NCBI RefSeq assembly: GCF_004010195.1
Contig: NC_057754.1
Coordinates: 13,112,224 to 13,176,223 of the forward strand
DNA length: 64,000 nucleotides
Source of the DNA: Chiloscyllium plagiosum
Lineage: Eukaryota
Direction: 5' to 3'
The translations under genes were made by a program, and so were the position numbers. The notes below the pieces were generated by a model that saw only the letters and a list, made by a program, of their open reading frames with translations, did not search any database and was not told the DNA's origin. Numbering within the stretch: position 1 is the stretch's first letter; each line of letters begins with the position of its first letter. Below are positions 62,625-64,000 of this stretch, piece after piece.

Positions 62625-63660
62625 AATTGTCCACCCACGTTAACCCAATTTCCCTGCAGTTGGCGGATATCCTTCTAGTCCTTTTCTATTCACATATTTA
62701 TCCAAATGCTTTTGAAATGTTGTTAATGTACCCCCTTCGACCACATTTGCTGGCAGTCAAACACGTACCAGCCCTCTGTGCAAAGACGTGGCCCCTCAGG
62801 TTCACTTATAGTCCTTCCCCTCTAACCTTAAACTGATCCCCTCTAATCCTCAATTATCTAAATCTTGGAAAAAGACTCATAGCATTAACCCTACCAATAC
62901 CCCTCGTGATCTTATGCAGCTCTATAAGGACCCCCCCCCCCCCGCCCCCCTCAGTCTCCTACACTCTAAAGAAAAGGTTCTAGCTTGTCCAACCTCTCCC
63001 TATAACTCAGACCGTTGGGTCCTGGCAACGTCCTTGTCAATTTCTTCTGCACTCTTCCTAATATAACAACATCCTCTCCTTAACAAGTTGACAGAAACTG
63101 AACACAATATTCCAAATGAGGCCTTACCAAAGTCCTGTGTAACTGCAACTTAACTTCCCAACTTCTACGCTCAATATTCTTCCTGATGAAGGCCAGTGCA
63201 CCAAATGCCTTCTTCACTGCTTTGTCTACCTATGACTCCACTCTCACAGAACTGTGCACCTGAACGCGAAGGTCTTTCTGCCCACTACACCCCTTCAGTC
63301 ACTCCCATACACCGTGAAACTCCTACCTTGATTTGAGTTTCCAAACTGCAAGACCTCACACGTCTATATTAAACTCCATTTGCCATTTCTCAACCTACAT
63401 CCCCAACCTGATAAAGGTCCTGTTGCAATTTCTGATAAACGTCCTCACTGAGCACAATACCACTTATTTTAGTGTCATCTACAAGCTTATTAATGATGCC
63501 TTGTACATTCTCAACCCAAGCATGGATAACAAACAGCAATGGACCCAGCCTCCGATCTGATAAGCATCCTTCCACTAAACCCTCTGCTTCCTACCATCAA
63601 GCCAACTGTGTATCCAATTGGCCAATTCCGCCAGCATTCCACATGATGGAACCTTCCAGT
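62625..63660 (-). mobile_element. CR1 LINE 3' half
   Basis: LGPLLFVIH, KLVDDTKI and plus ACAATATTCCAAATGAGGCCTTACC (VRPHLEYC). Confidence 0.85.
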
Positions 63661-63664
63661 GCAA

Positions 63665-64000
63665 AGGAGAAAGTGAGGACTGCAGATGTTAGAGGTCAGA
63701 GCTGAAAAATGTGTTGCTGGAAAAGCGCAGCAGGTCAGGCAGCATCCAAGGAGCAGGAGAATTGACGTTTCGGGCATAAGCGCATCTTCAGGAATGAGGA
63801 AGATGTACCAAGCAGGCTAAGATATTAGATAGGGAGGAGGGACTTGCGGGAGGGGCGTTGGGAATGCGATAGGTGGAAGGAGGTTAAGGTGAGGGTGATA
63901 GGCCGGAGGGGGTGTGGGGGCGGAGAGGTCAGGAAGAAGATTGCAGGTCAAGAAGGCGTTGCTTACTCCGAGGGTTGGGACTGAGATAAGGTGGGGGGAG
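63665..64000 (-). mobile_element. Penelope-like terminus, continues beyond the window
   Basis: AAAGTGAGGACTGCAGATG...GGCAGCATCC..GGAGCAGGAGAAT terminus shared with 45493 and 58534. Confidence 0.85.
63761..63797 (-). ncRNA. Minimal hammerhead ribozyme motif
   Basis: Minus strand ATTC-CTGAAGA-T-GCGC-TTAT-GCCC-GAAA-CGTC, with one stem II mismatch. Confidence 0.6.

Overview
This is vertebrate nuclear DNA, very likely from a cartilaginous fish (shark). That assignment is an inference from the repeat families: HE1-like V-SINEs, CR1 LINEs with (TTCTATG)n or (TTCTTTG)n tails, Penelope-like elements and Gmr1-like gypsy elements. The window is almost entirely nested, decayed transposable elements plus two assembly gaps. 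I find no credible intact protein-coding gene, tRNA, rRNA or CRISPR array; the long ORFs in the track come from TEs, tandem repeats or Ns. The most interesting structure is: (1) minimal hammerhead-ribozyme motifs at the ends of several Penelope-like families, including fold-back elements with two back-to-back motifs; (2) two different retroelement 3' ends stacked at one target site (GGAATTCACTT x3); (3) a 2.5-kb, 36-bp minisatellite that appears to have grown from a LINE ORF2 segment in place, plus two other LINE-derived arrays; (4) an old direct duplication (~23.4-30.4 kb vs ~43.6-55.2 kb) with two small exon-like islands; (5) two gypsy elements with PR-IN-RT-RH order and a SCAN-like gag segment; (6) Harbinger transposase and Myb-like remnants. 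I did not find a clearly new biological system. Family names are from pattern recognition, not database searches, and boundaries of decayed elements are approximate.
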